This document shows, piece by piece, positions 9,836 through 20,163 of a stretch of 64,000 bases of DNA. The notes under the pieces are model-generated. The model was not told where the DNA came from. It made no database searches and saw only the letters and a program-made list of their open reading frames with translations. The stretch comes from Candidatus Aminicenantes bacterium (lineage in GTDB: Bacteria; Acidobacteriota; Aminicenantia; Aminicenantales; Saccharicenantaceae): positions 160,807 to 224,806 of the forward strand of contig JAPKZD010000018.1 in assembly GCA_026393975.1 (NCBI GenBank). Direction: 5' to 3'. Within the stretch, counting starts at the first letter, position 1, and every line of letters starts with the position of its first letter. A program made the position numbers and the translations under genes.

Positions 9836-11128
9836 CTACATGCTGATCGAGAAGCTTTGCCCGCCGTTGCCGAACCTGGGGTTGACGATGTTGCTCCGCG
9901 TGGAGCCGAAGGAGAAATTCAGCCCGACGGAGAACGAGTAGTTGTAGCCCGTGGCCAGCTGTTTCTGGCGGAGGAGGACCTCCTCGTAGGACGCCCCGCC
10001 GCGGGGCAGGGCGATCTGGTCGCGGATCCGGGTATAATTGCCGTCGACCTCGAAGCTCAGGCCCCTCCAGATCCGGAATGACACTTCGCCGCCGAGCTCG
10101 ACCCGGTTCTTGCTCAAGTCGTGGAAAAAATGAGAGCCTTCGAGCTGGAGGGTGGCGTTTCCCCAGGGCCGGACGACCTCGTAGGCCCAGGCGAGAGACT
10201 CCTGGAGGAGGCTTTCCGCCGTCTTGAGGAAGATCGTCTCCTCATGGTAGCGGGCTCCCGTGTAGCCGATCCGGTAAAGGACCCGGAACTGCTTTTTCGT
10301 CGACTCGGAGTAGGGGAAGAAGTTGTACTCGACGGCCGGGGCGACGCTGACGCTGACCTGGAGGTTCGAGTAAGTCGAGGACTCGACGCTGAGGAAGGCT
10401 CCCGCCGACCAGTGTTGGGACAGGCTCTTGACGACGAGGCCGGAGAAACCGTAGCCGTGGGACGAGCTCTCATAGATGTCGTCGCCGAGATCGAACCACA
10501 CTTTCTGGAGGTCGCCGTAGACCGAGGTTCGGATCTTGAGCTCGGGGGTCACTCGGTTGGCCGAAAAAGAGCCGTAGTACGACCCGTCCTTGTACTGCGT
10601 TTCCCCCATCAGAAACGTGTTGGCGCTGAGGCTGAAGACCCAGGAGTTCCACTTGTCCACGACCGCCGTCGGTTTGGTCTGGTCCAAGAATCGGACCGTG
10701 AGGTCCTTAGCCACGGGGGTTTTCGCGGCGTAGCGCAGGAGGCCGATCTTGATCATGCCGGCGAGCCCCTGCCGGACGTCCTCCGGCTTCGCGCCGGGGT
10801 TCGGAACATACGAGAGCGTGTTGCCGTCGCCCTGGAACTCCCTGAGGCCGGAAAACTCGACGGCGAACGTTTCGCTTCCCGGGGGCCCCTGGGGCGTGAC
10901 GAGAACCCTGACCTGGGCCTCTTCGAGACCGGGGACGAATTCGACGAAAGGGATCTCCGCGCGGAAAAAACCGATGTCCGCGCCGGGCCAGTCGAGGAAA
11001 ACCCGCGGCAGAGGGGGCGGAGGCGGGCCGCCCGGCTTGGGCGGGGGGACCTGGGCGTCCGCCGCGAGGGCCAAGAGGGAGACGAGCGCGACGAGCAGGG
11101 CCGCGGTCTTGGGTTTCGAGCTTTTCAT
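9836..11128 (-). CDS. Secreted/outer-membrane-like protein of unknown function; paralog A of a tandem pair.
   Basis: Start MKSSKPKTAALLVALVSLLALAA with an AAGGAG RBS. Pro-rich linker, then alternating beta-strand-like sequence. About 40% identity with the next gene over the full length (SANRVTPE/K, HWSAGxFLExxSSxYSN, EYNFFPYSxST, PRFG). Confidence 0.6.
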   Translation of the reverse strand: MKSSKPKTAALLVALVSLLALAADAQVPPPKPGGPPPPPLPRVFLDWPGADIGFFRAEIPFVEFVPGLEEAQVRVLVTPQGPPGSETFAVEFSGLREFQGDGNTLSYVPNPGAKPEDVRQGLAGMIKIGLLRYAAKTPVAKDLTVRFLDQTKPTAVVDKWNSWVFSLSANTFLMGETQYKDGSYYGSFSANRVTPELKIRTSVYGDLQKVWFDLGDDIYESSSHGYGFSGLVVKSLSQHWSAGAFLSVESSTYSNLQVSVSVAPAVEYNFFPYSESTKKQFRVLYRIGYTGARYHEETIFLKTAESLLQESLAWAYEVVRPWGNATLQLEGSHFFHDLSKNRVELGGEVSFRIWRGLSFEVDGNYTRIRDQIALPRGGASYEEVLLRQKQLATGYNYSFSVGLNFSFGSTRSNIVNPRFGNGGQSFSISM

Positions 11129-11155
11129 GGTCTTCTCCTTACCGCTCATGTCGCG

Positions 11156-12445
11156 CTAGTTGATACTGATACTCATGCTGCTGCCGCCGGACGACCCGAA
11201 GCGGGGGTTGATGACGTTGGTGAAGATGGAGCCGAAGGTGAACTGGAAGCCTACGGAGACGAAATAGTTGCTGTTCGTCGGCAGCTCCCGCAGACGGAGC
11301 AGTATCTCCTCGAAGGTCGGCTCCCGTCCGAGGAGTGAAAGCTGATCCCGGATCCAGGAGTATCCGACGAAGGTGAAGACGCTGAGCCCTTTGTAGAGGC
11401 GCAGGTTGACGATGCCGAAGGTGTCCAGGCGGTTCTTACTGAAATCGTGGAAGTGATGGGAGCCCTCGGCGCTGACGCTGGCCGTCCCCCATTTCTCGCG
11501 AAGGTCCAAGGTCACCGACAGGGACTCCTTGAAAAGCGTCTCCCGGGTCTTGCCGAAGACCGTCGCCTCTCTGTACTTGACCGGATTCAGGGTCAGCGTG
11601 TAGAGGGCGCGGAGCTGCCGCCGTGTCGACTGGGAATAGGGGAAGAAGTTGTATTCGATGGCCGGGGCGACACTCATGCCGAGGTCGATGTTGCTGTAGA
11701 TAGAGGACTTGGCCTCGAGGAAGACGCCCGCCGACCAGTGCTCGCCCAGGCTCTTAACGTAGATGCCGCTTCCGTCCCAGCTCGACCGGGTGCCGGTGAT
11801 GACCTCACCGTCGATGTCGTATTTCTGCTTCTCGGTGTCAACGGAAACCCCCAGCCGGACCTTCGACTTCGGGGTGACGCGGTTGGCCGAGAACGAGGCA
11901 TTGGCCATCCGGCTCATGTAGGATTCCTCGCCCGAGAAATGGCCGCTTCCGGTCAGGCTGAAAACCCAGGAGTCCCAGCGGTCGCGGCCGGGCCCGGTGT
12001 TTTCCGGGCGGGCGTAGTCGACGGCGATGCGCCGGGCGATGGGCGTCCGGCCGACATAGCTCATCAGCCCCAATTTCAGGGCCTTGACCAGGCCGCGGCG
12101 GACGTCGTCGTTGGTGTCCGTCTTCGTCGAAAAGAATTTCTGGACGTCCTTCGTGTCCTTGAAATCGTTCTGACCCATAAAGGTCAGCGTGTATTCGATG
12201 CCGCCCCCGCCGGTGGCCTGGGTCGTGACCAGGACGTGGACCTGGGCCTCCAGGCGGTCCCGAACGTAGTTGACGAAGGTGATCTCGGTCTTGATGTACT
12301 CGAGGTCGCAACTGCCGCAGTCGAGGTAGACCTTGACGGCCGACTTTTTCAGCTCGTCGATGCCGGGCCGGCCTTCTTGAGCGGCCGCGGTCAGGGTCGA
12401 AAGCGAGAAGGCCAAACTGAGAAGGGCTCCGAGGGTTTTTCGCAT
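11156..12445 (-). CDS. Secreted/outer-membrane-like protein of unknown function; paralog B.
   Basis: Start MRKTLGALLSLAFSLSTLTAAAQ at 12445 with an AAAGGAG RBS. Conserved blocks shared with 9836..11128. Confidence 0.6.
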   Translation of the reverse strand: MRKTLGALLSLAFSLSTLTAAAQEGRPGIDELKKSAVKVYLDCGSCDLEYIKTEITFVNYVRDRLEAQVHVLVTTQATGGGGIEYTLTFMGQNDFKDTKDVQKFFSTKTDTNDDVRRGLVKALKLGLMSYVGRTPIARRIAVDYARPENTGPGRDRWDSWVFSLTGSGHFSGEESYMSRMANASFSANRVTPKSKVRLGVSVDTEKQKYDIDGEVITGTRSSWDGSGIYVKSLGEHWSAGVFLEAKSSIYSNIDLGMSVAPAIEYNFFPYSQSTRRQLRALYTLTLNPVKYREATVFGKTRETLFKESLSVTLDLREKWGTASVSAEGSHHFHDFSKNRLDTFGIVNLRLYKGLSVFTFVGYSWIRDQLSLLGREPTFEEILLRLRELPTNSNYFVSVGFQFTFGSIFTNVINPRFGSSGGSSMSISIN

Positions 12446-12768
12446 GCGCTCACTCCTTTGGGGCTCTTCCCGGCCCGCGCTGATTCGATCCTTCTTTTCA
12501 GGGATGCAGCAATTCTCATGCCATAATAAAACGGTCCCTCGGGGCGGACCTGACCCTGGCGGAATAGATATATACGTCGGGACGTAACAAATGTTTACAC
12601 GCAAGCATAAATGGGCGTCCCTTTTTTTCCCCGGTTACAAATCCGGGAAAAAGGGGAGATCCAGTAAGCTAAACGCCGGCGGGGACGGTCTGGATTCAGC
12701 TTCCGGCGATTGGCGATCTTTGGGAGGAAACCTCGGTCATGTCCCCGGCCGTTACCCGGATGGGAATA

Positions 12769-14036
12769 TTAAAAGAAATAGTAGGCCGCGAAGAGAAGCC
12801 TGAGGTTCCGGACGAACCGGGCGTTCCGGACCTTGCCGAAGACGTCGGGCGTCCCGTAGGAAGCGGCCGTCAGCTCCGCTTCGCCGGCAAAGCGCATTTT
12901 CCCGATGTTGTAGACGAGCCGCGGCGAGAGTCGGTAGAGCTCGTCGATATTGAAGCCGCGGGCGTAGTTGGCGCCGGAAATCGTGTGGCTCGAGCCCAGG
13001 TTCTTGGAGTATCCGGCGAAGAGGCCCGTCTGCCACGGGGCGCCGTTCGTCTGGACCTCCGTCCAGCAGGAGAGCGTGTCGATGGGCGTATAGTTCCAGT
13101 CGAGCCGGACCGCGTCGACGACGCCCCGGACGGCGTAGCCGCCGATCATGGTCAGGTGGTGGAGGTTCTGTCCCCAAACGGCCTCGGCCTTCCAGGTCCA
13201 TTTCGGCCACTTCTGCTTGAAAAAAACCATCGCGGCCAGGCCCGTCACCGACTCATTTGTTTCGTATCCGGCGGCGGTCGCGATCCGCGGGGAAAGCTTC
13301 ATGAAGTCCGCGCTGACGCCGGCCAGGGTCTCGGTCTTCCGCGAATCGTTCTTCGAGGCGGCCTGGAGCTTAAGGTTGAACTCGGGAAGGGCGGCGTTCC
13401 GCAGATAGACCGAGCTCGTCCCGTCCGGCCCGTTGCTGGCGAAGTCCCTCTGGGCCAGGGCCGTGGCGACCAGGCTGACCTTGCCGAACATCCGGGTGTA
13501 TCGGACCTGGGGGCTCCTGTTGAAGGGCTGGAAGGGCGCCCCGGTGTTGAACGAGACGACGTCGGGGAAGCTCTCGGTGATGAACATCGGGTGCCAGAAC
13601 TGGCCGATCAGGAGCTCCGATTTCGCCCAGTTGAGCTTGAGGTAGCCGTGGCGGAGGCGAAAGCCGTTGACGTCGGCGTCGGACGTGCCGAAGAACTCGG
13701 CTTCGATGTAGGCCGACGTCTTGGCGCCGAGGGCGTCCGGCCCGGTGATCTTGCCGACGAACCGCGTCTGGACGGAGAGGATGTTGAAGTTGGCCCGGCC
13801 GTTGAGGTCGCCGCCCTCGGGATCGAGGAGAGGGCCCTTCGGAAAGAGCAGATAATGGCCTTCCCGGATGCTGACGGTCTGGCGTGAATCATAGAAAATG
13901 TCCGTCTTGACGAACCCGGAAAGGGAGAGGCCGAAGGCGGGTGTGCTTTTTTCGGCCTGGGCAGCGGCCGGCGGCGCCGTCATGGCTGCGAAAAGGGCGA
14001 GCCCGAGAACCGTCGTTATGAGGGTCGTTTTTTTCA
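12769..14036 (-). CDS. Outer-membrane beta-barrel porin.
   Basis: Internal start MKKTTLITTVLGLALFAAMTAPPAAAQA (signal peptide). C-terminal aromatic terminus ...LLFAAYYFF typical of OMP beta-barrels, with alternating hydrophobic strands. Confidence 0.7.
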
Positions 14037-14188
14037 TGTCATCCTCCCTGGCGGGGGCCGGTCGTCCCGGCTGTTCGGGTCCGGGGGCGGACTCTCGTCC
14101 GGAGAGGATTATAGCGGCCGGGGATGGAATGTCAATTGTGTGGTAAAATTCCCGTGCTTCCATGAAACGATCGACCGGGGAGGGCGGC

Positions 14189-15994
14189 ATGAGAATCGTC
14201 AGGCGGGCTATCGTCGCGCTGGCCGTCATCTCTCTTTTTCCGGGGCTTTTCGGCCAGGTCCGTAATTTCCGGCTGGGGGAGAACGATTTTCTCCTCGGCG
14301 GCAAGCCGTTCCGGATCATGGCCGGCGAGATCCATTTCCAGCGCATCCCGCGGGAATACTGGGCCGACCGGCTGATGAAAATCAAAGCCGCGGGCCTCAA
14401 TACGGTTGGGACGTACGTCTTCTGGAACGCCCTCGAGCCCGAGCCGGGACAATGGGATTTTTCCGGCGGGAACGACCTGGCCGCCTTCATCCGGACGGCG
14501 GAACGGCTGGGGCTCTGGGTCATCGTCCGCCCCGGCCCGTACGCCTGTGCCGAGTGGGACTTTGGCGGCCTGCCCATCTGGCTCCTGCGGACCCCCGACA
14601 TCAGGGTGCGCTGTTCCGACCCCCGCTATCTCGCCGCCTGCGAGTCCTACATCCTGAAGATCGCCGACGTCATCCGCGACCTCCAGGTCGACCGCGGCGG
14701 GCCGGTGCTGATGGTCCAGGTCGAGAACGAGTACGGCAGCTTCGGCAACGACCGGGATTACATGCTCGCCCTTAAGGGCTTCTGGGAGAAGGCCGGGATC
14801 GAAGTCCCTCTGTATACGGCCGACGGCGCGACGCCGTACATGCTCGAGGCTGGAAGCCTGCCCGGGGCGGCCATCGGCCTCGATCCGGGGACGAAGGAAA
14901 AGGATTTCGCCGAGGCGGCCCGGCTCGAGCGCGGCGTGCCTGTCTTCTGCAGCGAGCTTTATCCGGGCTGGCTGACCCACTGGGGAGAGGAGTGGGCCAG
15001 GGTCAAGACCGAGGACGTCGTCACCGACCTGCGCTGGCTCCTTGACCACGGGAAATCCTTCAACCTCTACATGTTCCACGGCGGGACGAACTTCGGTTTC
15101 TGGGCCGGCGCCAACTTCAGCGACAAGTACGAGCCCGACGTGACGAGCTACGACTACGACGCGCCTCTGAACGAAATGGGGCAGCCGACGCCGAAGTACT
15201 TCGCCATCCGGGACCTTCTCTTGCGCTACCTGCCGAAAGGGACGGAGCTCCCGGAGCTTCCCCGGCCGGTCCCGACGATCGAGATCCCGGCAATCTCGCT
15301 GGACGAGAGCGCTTCGCTTTTCGACAACCTCCCGGCGCCCGTCCGCAGCCCCCAGCCCGGGCCGATGGAGTCCTATGGACAAAACCACGGCTTCATCCTC
15401 TACCGGACGAAACTCCTCGGCCATAGGGGCGGCAAGCTGACGGTCACGGACGTCCACGACTACGCCAGCGTCTACGTAGACGGGAAGTTCCTCGGGACGA
15501 TCGATCGGACAAAAAAAGAAACGGCCGTCGATATCCCCAAGGCCGAGCCGACCAACGAGACCCTGGACATCCTGGTCGAGGGGATGGGCCGGATCAACTT
15601 CGGTCCCCGCCTCATCGACCGCAAGGGCATCACCGAGCGGGTGACCCTGAACAACATGACGCTGATGACCTGGGACGTCCACTGCCTACCCATGGGCGAA
15701 GACGATTTGAGCCTGTTGAAGTTTGGCGGGAGGCCGGCCGACCGGCCGGCCAACTTCTTCCGCGGCCGTTTCGAGCTCCAGGAGACGGGCGACACCTACC
15801 TGGACATGACCGGCTGGAAAAAGGGGGTCGTCTGGGTCAATGGACACAACCTCGGCCGCTACTGGGAGATCGGGCCCCAGAAGCGGCTTTACTGCCCGGC
15901 GCCGTTCCTGAAAAGGGGCAGGAACGAGGTCGTCGTCTTCGACCTGCACATCCTTCGGCCGGCGCCCATTCGCGGCTTCACGACTTTGGAATAA
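14189..15994 (+). CDS. Glycoside hydrolase family 35 beta-galactosidase.
   Basis: Signal peptide MRIVRRAIVALAVISLF after a GGAGG RBS. GH35 motifs FRIMAGEIHFQRIP, GTYVFWNALEP, VQVENEYGSFG. Confidence 0.85.
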   Translation: MRIVRRAIVALAVISLFPGLFGQVRNFRLGENDFLLGGKPFRIMAGEIHFQRIPREYWADRLMKIKAAGLNTVGTYVFWNALEPEPGQWDFSGGNDLAAFIRTAERLGLWVIVRPGPYACAEWDFGGLPIWLLRTPDIRVRCSDPRYLAACESYILKIADVIRDLQVDRGGPVLMVQVENEYGSFGNDRDYMLALKGFWEKAGIEVPLYTADGATPYMLEAGSLPGAAIGLDPGTKEKDFAEAARLERGVPVFCSELYPGWLTHWGEEWARVKTEDVVTDLRWLLDHGKSFNLYMFHGGTNFGFWAGANFSDKYEPDVTSYDYDAPLNEMGQPTPKYFAIRDLLLRYLPKGTELPELPRPVPTIEIPAISLDESASLFDNLPAPVRSPQPGPMESYGQNHGFILYRTKLLGHRGGKLTVTDVHDYASVYVDGKFLGTIDRTKKETAVDIPKAEPTNETLDILVEGMGRINFGPRLIDRKGITERVTLNNMTLMTWDVHCLPMGEDDLSLLKFGGRPADRPANFFRGRFELQETGDTYLDMTGWKKGVVWVNGHNLGRYWEIGPQKRLYCPAPFLKRGRNEVVVFDLHILRPAPIRGFTTLE

Positions 15995-16057
15995 ACCCAT
16001 CCCTCGGAGGGATGGGGTTGCCAGGCGTTCGTTCGTCCGGGCCGATGGGATCCTAGT

Positions 16058-18001
16058 CTAAAGCACGCACCGGATGCCCGTTGTCAGCGAGAAGCCTGGG
16101 GCGCCGTAGCCCCAAACCTGCTCGTAACGGGCGTCGAGAATATTGTCGAGACGGAGGAACAATTCGAGCCGGGAATCGATAGCCGTCGACAGGACGGCGC
16201 CGAGGAGAACATAGCCGGGGAGCCCGACCGTCTGATAGGGATAGGCGCTGAAGTCCCGGTCGAGCCGGCGTCCGACGTAGAGGGTCGTCACCGTCAGATC
16301 GAACCGGCCGGCGAGGCGGGCACCGATGTCGGCGGAGAACTTGTCGCGGGGCCGCCGGAGGAGGTCCGTCCTGGCGTCCTCGTCCCTGGCCGTGAGCCGG
16401 GTGTAGGAGGCCCCCAGACTGACTCCGCCGCCAAAGCGCGTTTTGGCCGAGGCCTCGAGGCCTTTCGTTCGGGCCCGGCCGATGTTGATGTAGCCGGCCG
16501 CGAAGTCGAAGTCGACGAGGTCCCGAAAGGTATTCTCGAACCAGGTCAGCCCGAATGTGAAACGCTCCTTCATAAAGCTCTGCTCGAACCCCGCGTCCCA
16601 ACCCACGGCCCGCTCCGGCCGCAAGGCCGGGTTGCCTACCGGCCCCCAGGAAGTTTCCGGCGCGAAAAGCTGGTAAAGGGAAGGCGACTTGAAGCCGGTG
16701 CCGAAAGAGGCCTTGAGTTTCGTTCCCGTCGCGGCGACGAGATACGCCGGAGCGACGCGGAACGTCACCGCGGCCCCGGCCCGGCTGTGGCGGTCGGCCC
16801 GGACTCCGGCCGTGACGAAAAACCGCTCTCCGCGTTCCCAGCGATCGAGAACATAGACGCCGGCCGATTCGGCCCGGGCGGAGGGAAACCGGGCTTCCAC
16901 GGTGCCCCAAGCGCTTTCCGAGACGTAATCGGACAGCCCTCTTTCTTGCTCGAGCTCGAGGCCGGCCGTGAGCGTGTGTGCCGGGTGGAGGAAGAAATTA
17001 TTCTGCCAGTCGAGCTTGAAGATGTCGCTCCGATAGAGACCCTCTTCTCGATCCTGGGGATGAGTATCGTCGACCGGGTTCCTGTTTTCCCGCCTGGCAC
17101 CCAGCCAGGATACGGACAGGGCCTGCTCCCAGCGGCCGCTCGCGGCGAGGCCGCGATACTGTCCGCGGACGAGAAGAGTCCTGTAATCCTGGCGGCTATT
17201 CGGGTCGTCCCCTCCGGGCCCGCCGAAGTTGTCGAGCTCCGTCCGGGCCTCCACGGCCTTGACGGTCAAGGTCAGGCTCTTTGTCGGCCGGGGAGCGTAG
17301 CCGAATCGGGCGGCCAGAGAGAGGTTGCGATAACCGTCCCGTTCGGTGTTTCCCGGATAGGCGGACGAGGCCGCGGATATGCCCGCGGTCCGTTCGTGGA
17401 AAAGGGAGAGCGAGTAGTCGGTCTTCCGGCCCGAACCCGAGAGCCCGAGGTCGGAGATGAGCGTTTGGAACGTGCCCGCCGACGTGGCGAGGGTCAGGCG
17501 GGGCTTGCCGCGGCCGGCCCGGGTGATGATGTTGACGACGCCGCCGAGCGCGTCCGAACCGTAGAGGAGACCCTGGGGGCCTCGGAGGATCTCGATCCGC
17601 TCGACCTGGCTGAGGGACAAATGGGCCAGATCGTACGAGCGGGAGGGGTTGATCGGGTCGTTGAGCTCGAGGCCGTCGAGGAGGAATAGCGTGTGCTCGC
17701 TCCCCGCCCCGCGGATCGAGACGGACGCCGTGGCGCCCGGGCCGCCGTTCCGGAAGGTCGACAGACCGAGGACATCCTCCAGGGCGTCGAGGACGTAGGC
17801 CTTGTGGCTGCGGGCCAGCTCCTCGCCCGTTATGACCGTCAGGGAGCTTCCGACCTTCTTCTCCGGCGTCTCCAGCCGCGTGGCCGTGACGACGATGTCG
17901 CGCCGCAGGGCCGAGCCGGTTTTGTCCTGGGGGTCGTCGGCGCGAAGGCCGGCCGGGATAAGCGCGAGCAGGCCGACGAGGGCGAGCGTTCGTCTGTCCA
18001 T
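16058..18001 (-). CDS. TonB-dependent outer-membrane receptor, BtuB-like given its leader.
   Basis: Signal peptide, TonB box DIVVTATR, plug-domain motifs (IEILRGPQGLLYGSDALGGVVNIIT) and a C-terminal beta-barrel. Confidence 0.85.
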   Translation of the reverse strand: MDRRTLALVGLLALIPAGLRADDPQDKTGSALRRDIVVTATRLETPEKKVGSSLTVITGEELARSHKAYVLDALEDVLGLSTFRNGGPGATASVSIRGAGSEHTLFLLDGLELNDPINPSRSYDLAHLSLSQVERIEILRGPQGLLYGSDALGGVVNIITRAGRGKPRLTLATSAGTFQTLISDLGLSGSGRKTDYSLSLFHERTAGISAASSAYPGNTERDGYRNLSLAARFGYAPRPTKSLTLTVKAVEARTELDNFGGPGGDDPNSRQDYRTLLVRGQYRGLAASGRWEQALSVSWLGARRENRNPVDDTHPQDREEGLYRSDIFKLDWQNNFFLHPAHTLTAGLELEQERGLSDYVSESAWGTVEARFPSARAESAGVYVLDRWERGERFFVTAGVRADRHSRAGAAVTFRVAPAYLVAATGTKLKASFGTGFKSPSLYQLFAPETSWGPVGNPALRPERAVGWDAGFEQSFMKERFTFGLTWFENTFRDLVDFDFAAGYINIGRARTKGLEASAKTRFGGGVSLGASYTRLTARDEDARTDLLRRPRDKFSADIGARLAGRFDLTVTTLYVGRRLDRDFSAYPYQTVGLPGYVLLGAVLSTAIDSRLELFLRLDNILDARYEQVWGYGAPGFSLTTGIRCVL

Positions 18002-18039
18002 GGAAGGAGCTCCGCAGCCGCCCCCGCCGCTTTTAGTTT

Positions 18040-18215
18040 CCCGTCTTCCGCCCGAAGACCGGTCGACCCTGGCTTACGGAAGGTCTCCTGACTCCCGGAT
18101 CGCTCTCCTCCCAAGCCTTCCAGCCTCGCGGCCGTGGCGTCTCTTGGGATTCGTCCCCGGTTACAGTAGCGGGGGCTGTGTCCGCATCCGACGGACTTCC
18201 CTTCGAATAAGCCGC
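18040..18215 (-). ncRNA. Candidate cobalamin (B12) riboswitch in the 5' leader of the TonB-dependent receptor.
   Basis: Reverse-strand sequence AAGGGAAGUCCGUCGG...GCGGACACAGCCCCCGCUACUGUAACCGGGGACGAAUCC...GCCACGGCC resembles the cobalamin riboswitch core (AGGGAA.CCGG ... CCCGCCACUGUAA with a B12-box-like GCUACUG). Positioned directly upstream of a BtuB-type receptor. Confidence 0.5.
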
Positions 18216-18741
18216 AAGAATTCTAATATAAAAAAAGGATGGGGTCAAACCTTAAATCCTATGCGGTTTAACCCCTTCTTGAACCTTCTTGGAAGCATGA
18301 TCGGGGCTGCCCTGATCCGGGGTCCAGAGCAGGGCAGCCCCTTCTTGGGAATAGGTTAAGGGAGGCCAAAAAGGAGGTCTTTGTTGTCCATCGCTGTCTT
18401 CCATCATGTAGTACGACCGGCAGCGTGAGAGTGTTGCATTTGGAGCGGGGCAGGGCAGAAAAAACCGGCGGGCTATTTTTCGAAGTTTTTCAAATTCCCC
18501 TTGATGACCATTTTAAATTATACCACAAAGCCGCGAGGAAAGCAATGGCTTTTTTGGATCTTTTTAAAAATACTGCGATGGTCGGATTCATGACCAATTT
18601 TTACCTAAAAAACAGCCCTTTCATACGGTTATTCCAGAAATGACCCGGCCAGGGGCCCTCATTTTGAGATTTCCCCTGAAAAATAGTATAGTGGGGGGGC
18701 CTTCAAGAGGGACAAAAGGGCCCTTTATCGAGGAAAAAGGC

Positions 18742-20154
18742 ATGAAAAACGATGATTTTCGGCTCGCCGGGCACCATTTCGTGGACTGGATCGCCGACTA
18801 TTTCGAGAATGTCGAGAAATTCCCCGTCCTTTCGCCTCTAGAGCCGGGCGACGTTAAGAAAAATATTCCCGCCGTCCCGCCCGCTAGGGGTGAGGCCATG
18901 GAGGGGATCTTCCGGGATTTCGAGAGGGTCCTCCTGCCCGGTGTCAGCCACTGGCAGCACCCCGGCTGGTTCGCCTACTTCCCGGCCAATAACAGCCCAG
19001 CCTCGGTCCTGGGAGAATTCCTCACGGCCGGCCTTGGCGCCCAGTGCATGGTCTGGCAGACCTCTCCGGCGGCGGCCGAACTGGAGGAAGTCGTCCTCGA
19101 TTGGCTGCGGCAAATGACCGGACTCCCCGAGAACTTCTCCGGCGTCATCCAGGACACGGCCTCGACGGCCACCCTGTGCGCCCTGCTTTCGGCGAGGGAG
19201 AGGGCGACCGGGTTCGAATCGAACGACGCCGGCCTCCGGGCTCCCCTGACCGTCTACGCGTCCGAGGAGGCCCATTCGAGCGTCGACAAGGGGGTTAAAA
19301 TCGCCGGATTCGGGAGTAAGAACTTCCGCCGTCTCCCGACGGACGAGCGGTTCGCCGTCATCCCGGAGAAGCTCGAGGAGGCCATGACCAGGGACCGGGA
19401 CGCTGGGTTCGTCCCGGCCTGCGTCGTGGCCACGGTCGGCACGACGTCGTCCGGGGCCATCGACCCCTTGAGGGCGGTCGGCGAGATCTGCAGAAAGCAC
19501 GGCGCCTGGTTCCACGTCGACGCGGCCTGGGCCGGGACGGCCGCCCTGCTCCCCGAAAAGCGCTGGATCCTCGACGGGGTCGAGCTGGCCGATTCCTTCG
19601 TCTTCAACCCCCATAAGTGGATGGTGACCAACTTCGACTGCTCGGCCTATTTCGTCAAGGACCCGGCGACGCTCGTCCGGACTTTCGAGATCCATCCCGA
19701 GTACCTCAAGACCGGCGTCGACGCCAGGGTCAAAAACTACCGGGACTGGGGCATCCAGCTGGGCCGGCGCTTCCGGGCCCTCAAGCTCTGGTTCGTCATC
19801 CGCTCCTACGGCGTCGAGGGGCTCCAGGCCATGGTCCGCGAGCACCTCCGCCTGGCGGCGCTCGTCAAGGGCTGGGTCGAGGGGGACGGCCGCTTCGAGC
19901 TCCTGGCCCCGGTCGACCTGGGCCTCGTCTGCTTCCGCCTCGACGACGGCCGGGAGGAAAGCGGGCTCAACGAGCTCAACCGCAGGCTGCTCGAGCGGGT
20001 CAACGCTTCGGGACGCGTCTTTCTGACCCACACGACGCTTCGGGGGAAATACACCATCCGGTTGGTCGTGGGCCAGAGGACGACCGAGGAGCGCCACGTC
20101 CGGGGCGCTTGGGATATCATCTCCGCCGCGGCCGGGGACGTCCTGAAGACCTGA
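18742..20154 (+). CDS. Pyridoxal-phosphate-dependent aromatic-L-amino-acid (tyrosine/DOPA-type) decarboxylase.
   Basis: Group II decarboxylase hallmarks HWQHPGWFAYFPA, the SxHKW PLP-lysine region (FVFNPHKWMV) and C-terminal family conservation. Start MKNDDF after a GAGGAAAAAGG RBS. Confidence 0.85.
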   Translation: MKNDDFRLAGHHFVDWIADYFENVEKFPVLSPLEPGDVKKNIPAVPPARGEAMEGIFRDFERVLLPGVSHWQHPGWFAYFPANNSPASVLGEFLTAGLGAQCMVWQTSPAAAELEEVVLDWLRQMTGLPENFSGVIQDTASTATLCALLSARERATGFESNDAGLRAPLTVYASEEAHSSVDKGVKIAGFGSKNFRRLPTDERFAVIPEKLEEAMTRDRDAGFVPACVVATVGTTSSGAIDPLRAVGEICRKHGAWFHVDAAWAGTAALLPEKRWILDGVELADSFVFNPHKWMVTNFDCSAYFVKDPATLVRTFEIHPEYLKTGVDARVKNYRDWGIQLGRRFRALKLWFVIRSYGVEGLQAMVREHLRLAALVKGWVEGDGRFELLAPVDLGLVCFRLDDGREESGLNELNRRLLERVNASGRVFLTHTTLRGKYTIRLVVGQRTTEERHVRGAWDIISAAAGDVLKT

Positions 20155-20163
20155 ACCCCCGGC

